A stretch of DNA of 64,000 nt, taken from positions 620,001 to 684,000 of the forward strand of contig NW_026782124.1 of the NCBI RefSeq assembly GCF_031769215.1. Reading direction: 5' to 3'. Source of the DNA: Ylistrum balloti. Lineage: Eukaryota. A program made the position numbers and the translations under genes. Under the pieces are notes generated by a model. That model saw only the letters and a program-made list of their open reading frames with translations, searched no databases and was not told the origin of the DNA. Shown piece by piece: positions 61,401-64,000 of the stretch (positions are counted from its first letter, which is position 1; the number at the start of each line of letters is the position of its first letter).

Positions 61401-63238
61401 ATTTTAACATTCATTAGCTTACATGAAGCAGAATTTTCAAAATCAATTCTTTCAAAATTTTGCTCATATTGTAAATTGCTATATTCTACTTTAACTGTTA
61501 TATCATCTGAATGTTAGTAGGTAATAGCTCAAGTATATTATTTTTTTCTCAGTTTTGTCAACAATCAATAATGAATTTCATACAGCACATTTAAGACCTA
61601 GTATTTTGTGCACTATTGTGAGACCATTGATATAAATTTCACTTACCTTTCATGATAAAATTCTCTGTCTTCTTTCTACAACCAAAATCAAAACGTTAAA
61701 ACAATCCAGCTCTCTGACCTAATGCTATATCTGTTTTGCTAGGTACATTTTTTTGTGAGGGATCATCTAAGCTGTCTTAGGAAACAAAACCATTAATCTT
61801 TCCAAGATCAAGATCACTTTAAACCTCATCTTGAATCAAATTATACATTAAAAAACATTTGTTATGGGATAATTTACCATCACAAATCAATATTTATCAA
61901 TAACCAGAGAGTGATTTCTACATGCCTCATTTTCCTTGGCTTCATCTTTTCCATTTTCTGCTGGTTTACCATTTTCATCTCCTGATTCCTCGTCACTATA
62001 AACAAAACAAATGCACAAAAGGTAACAAGGTTTTTCCCTTTATAATGACCTGATGCTTAACATTAAATCATCTCTTTATCTTGTGAAACAGTTCTAAATG
62101 AAATTTAGCAAAGATTCTTTACCGGAATATTCTTTTAATTCAAACCATCAATTTTTAAAACCAAAGTCATGCCATGTTCATGCAAGACAAGTTCAATCAA
62201 TGAAATTTGATAATTTAAAACTTTAGAGGTTAATTTTTGAGGATCTAATTAAGTATATGATTAAACATTTGCATATTTACCTGTCTCCAGCTTTACTGAG
62301 TTTCTTGGCCTGTCTGTCCATTAGACTTGTTCGTGATCGAGTCTTTTTCCAGGAGTAGTAGTATTTGACAAGGCTAGCAATAGACTTGTCTGGCAACTAT
62401 CAAAAAAGAAGAATCATTTACTCCATGTTAGCCACACAAAATTTATCGCTGGTATTAACAGAAAACATCTGTTTCTATTTCATGTTTTACTTTTATACTC
62501 TTAACTGTTGTTGAGAAATTGGCAGAGAAGCTAGAAATTAAGTTACTTATTAAACTGAGGAACAGAAGTTGCAGTTTAACAACATTTTAAAGATTTTTTC
62601 ATTGATATTTTAAATCTTCATCAAGATCTTTCTTTTGATCACACACACAATTAGAATTTCTGTGAATATTGCAAAAAACATTTATTTCAAGGTCATTCTG
62701 ATAACTCAGAAATAATTCTGGAGTAGAAAGTAATATATCTCTACTAATTTCAATAGATTAACTGTCACCTATTTACAAGCTGGAGTCTATAACATCATAA
62801 AAACATGTTTTGTAAAATGCACTCAAGAAAGTAAATTTATTGACTATTGATAAAATCCCAGTACAATCGCATTATAAATGTTTACTACATCCACAACACC
62901 ATCTTAAAATATATCTTACCATCTGTCTGATGCGATGAAAACTTTTCCCATGAAAGCTGAATGCTTGTTCAAATAACACCTTGTCCTCCACAGTCCACTC
63001 ATCAGGGAAGGGGGTGAAGTTGGGCAGGTCAGCTAAGGCTTTTTCTATGTTGTGTTTATGCCAAAATAACATGCCAAGGGCCTTAAACACAAATCAGTAA
63101 GAGTTATGTCCCTTGTAAGAGACAACATCTTCATAATGTTCACAAAATAATGCCATATTTAATGGTACAAAATTCGTGAACTTACCTGTTCAGTGTTGTA
63201 ACCATGCTTCTCTTTGGCTATTGTGACATATTCATCAA
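58423..63238 (-). CDS. RCOR: REST corepressor (CoREST/RCOR), 3' part; N-terminal exons lie beyond the window
   Basis: Exons in transcript order 63238-63186, 63081-62920, 62396-62281, 61995-61926, 61675-61647, 61350-61155, 60452-60375, 60062-60005, 59622-59432, 59074-58923, 58531-58423; phases consistent. ELM2 end [23 protein letters not shown]1 [15 protein letters not shown], linker [12 protein letters not shown]2 [21 protein letters not shown]. Confidence 0.95.
59700..59950. mobile_element. HINE-like fragment in reverse orientation within an RCOR intron
   Basis: ggtcaaaggtcaaa...gtgacctacttt, ggatggatggaaggacagatg tract and terminal ataggtcccttcc...ggggctgttaa. Confidence 0.45.
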
Positions 63239-64000
63239 CTAAAAAAAAAAGATTTATTTTTAATTTGTTGTTGATATGCACCGTTTTATAATTATGATAA
63301 AATGATATTGTATAATCTATATTCCCCTTTCAAAATAAATATATCATCAACAAGAATGACATTAATATGATATATTGATACACAAGAGTACACAACCTGA
63401 CAATTACCTATCTTTTTCCAATTATTTTAATAACAAAGTGTCAAATCTGTAAACACACAAGTTATTCATATATCATCAAAATACCAGAATAGTCAGAGTG
63501 AATCTTTATTATAACAAGAAAATGATTCATTTTAGTGTCACATAAAACATTTTTCACATAATACATTGGAGAAAATTAATTATCTGGCCAAGTATTGGCC
63601 TACAAGATATCATTTAAGAAATTAACATCAAGGAACCAGCATATCATATTACAAATTTATCTCAACATCATCAATTCAAAATCAGCATGAAGAGGGTTCT
63701 GAACTATATCCTACTGGTAGATAAACTAGCTTAATAAGCAAAAAAAGGACTTCATATTACTGTATATTTTTGTCAAGGTGATGGGAGAATTATTCTGCTA
63801 CAGGGACAAGTAACATAACCTCAATCCTTCAGAAAGCATAATTACTGTATTCTCGATCATTAAAGCAAAATGGATTTAGAACTTCAAAGATTGAAGCCTG
63901 TACCAAGTAAGGATGAAGTTGTTTTAAGAAAGGATACATCATGCAAACTGCATAGTTTATACATATGGCCTAATACTTTTGGAAATGTATTTACCATTGA

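Overview
Eukaryotic, AT-rich, intron-rich animal DNA, most likely a bivalve mollusc (inferred from the repeat families). It is not prokaryotic: no operons, CRISPR or rRNA. Three conserved spliced genes reconstruct exon by exon with consistent phases: a sphingosine-1-phosphate phosphatase (SGPP-like, +, 3 exons, 454 aa), proteasome ATPase PSMC6/Rpt4 (+, 12 exons, 391 aa) and the 3' part of CoREST/RCOR (-, 11 exons in the window, with a GC-AG intron and a 29-nt micro-exon). A probable terminal coding exon of an unidentified gene lies at 270-387. The CpG-rich interval at about 6.5-26 kb is accessory. It holds a 1,825-bp foldback DNA transposon (753/754-bp arms, 8-bp TSD CTTGCGTC, CACAG termini, P-superfamily-like), a 5'-truncated LINE with an open RT ORF, a tRNA-derived SINE, many minisatellites and a decayed type-I membrane receptor with SEFIR-like (IL-17 receptor-like) motifs. 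I found no clearly new multi-gene system. The best leads are the foldback element, the decayed receptor, a palindrome plus bZIP-site array, and tandem repeats that duplicate splice signals.
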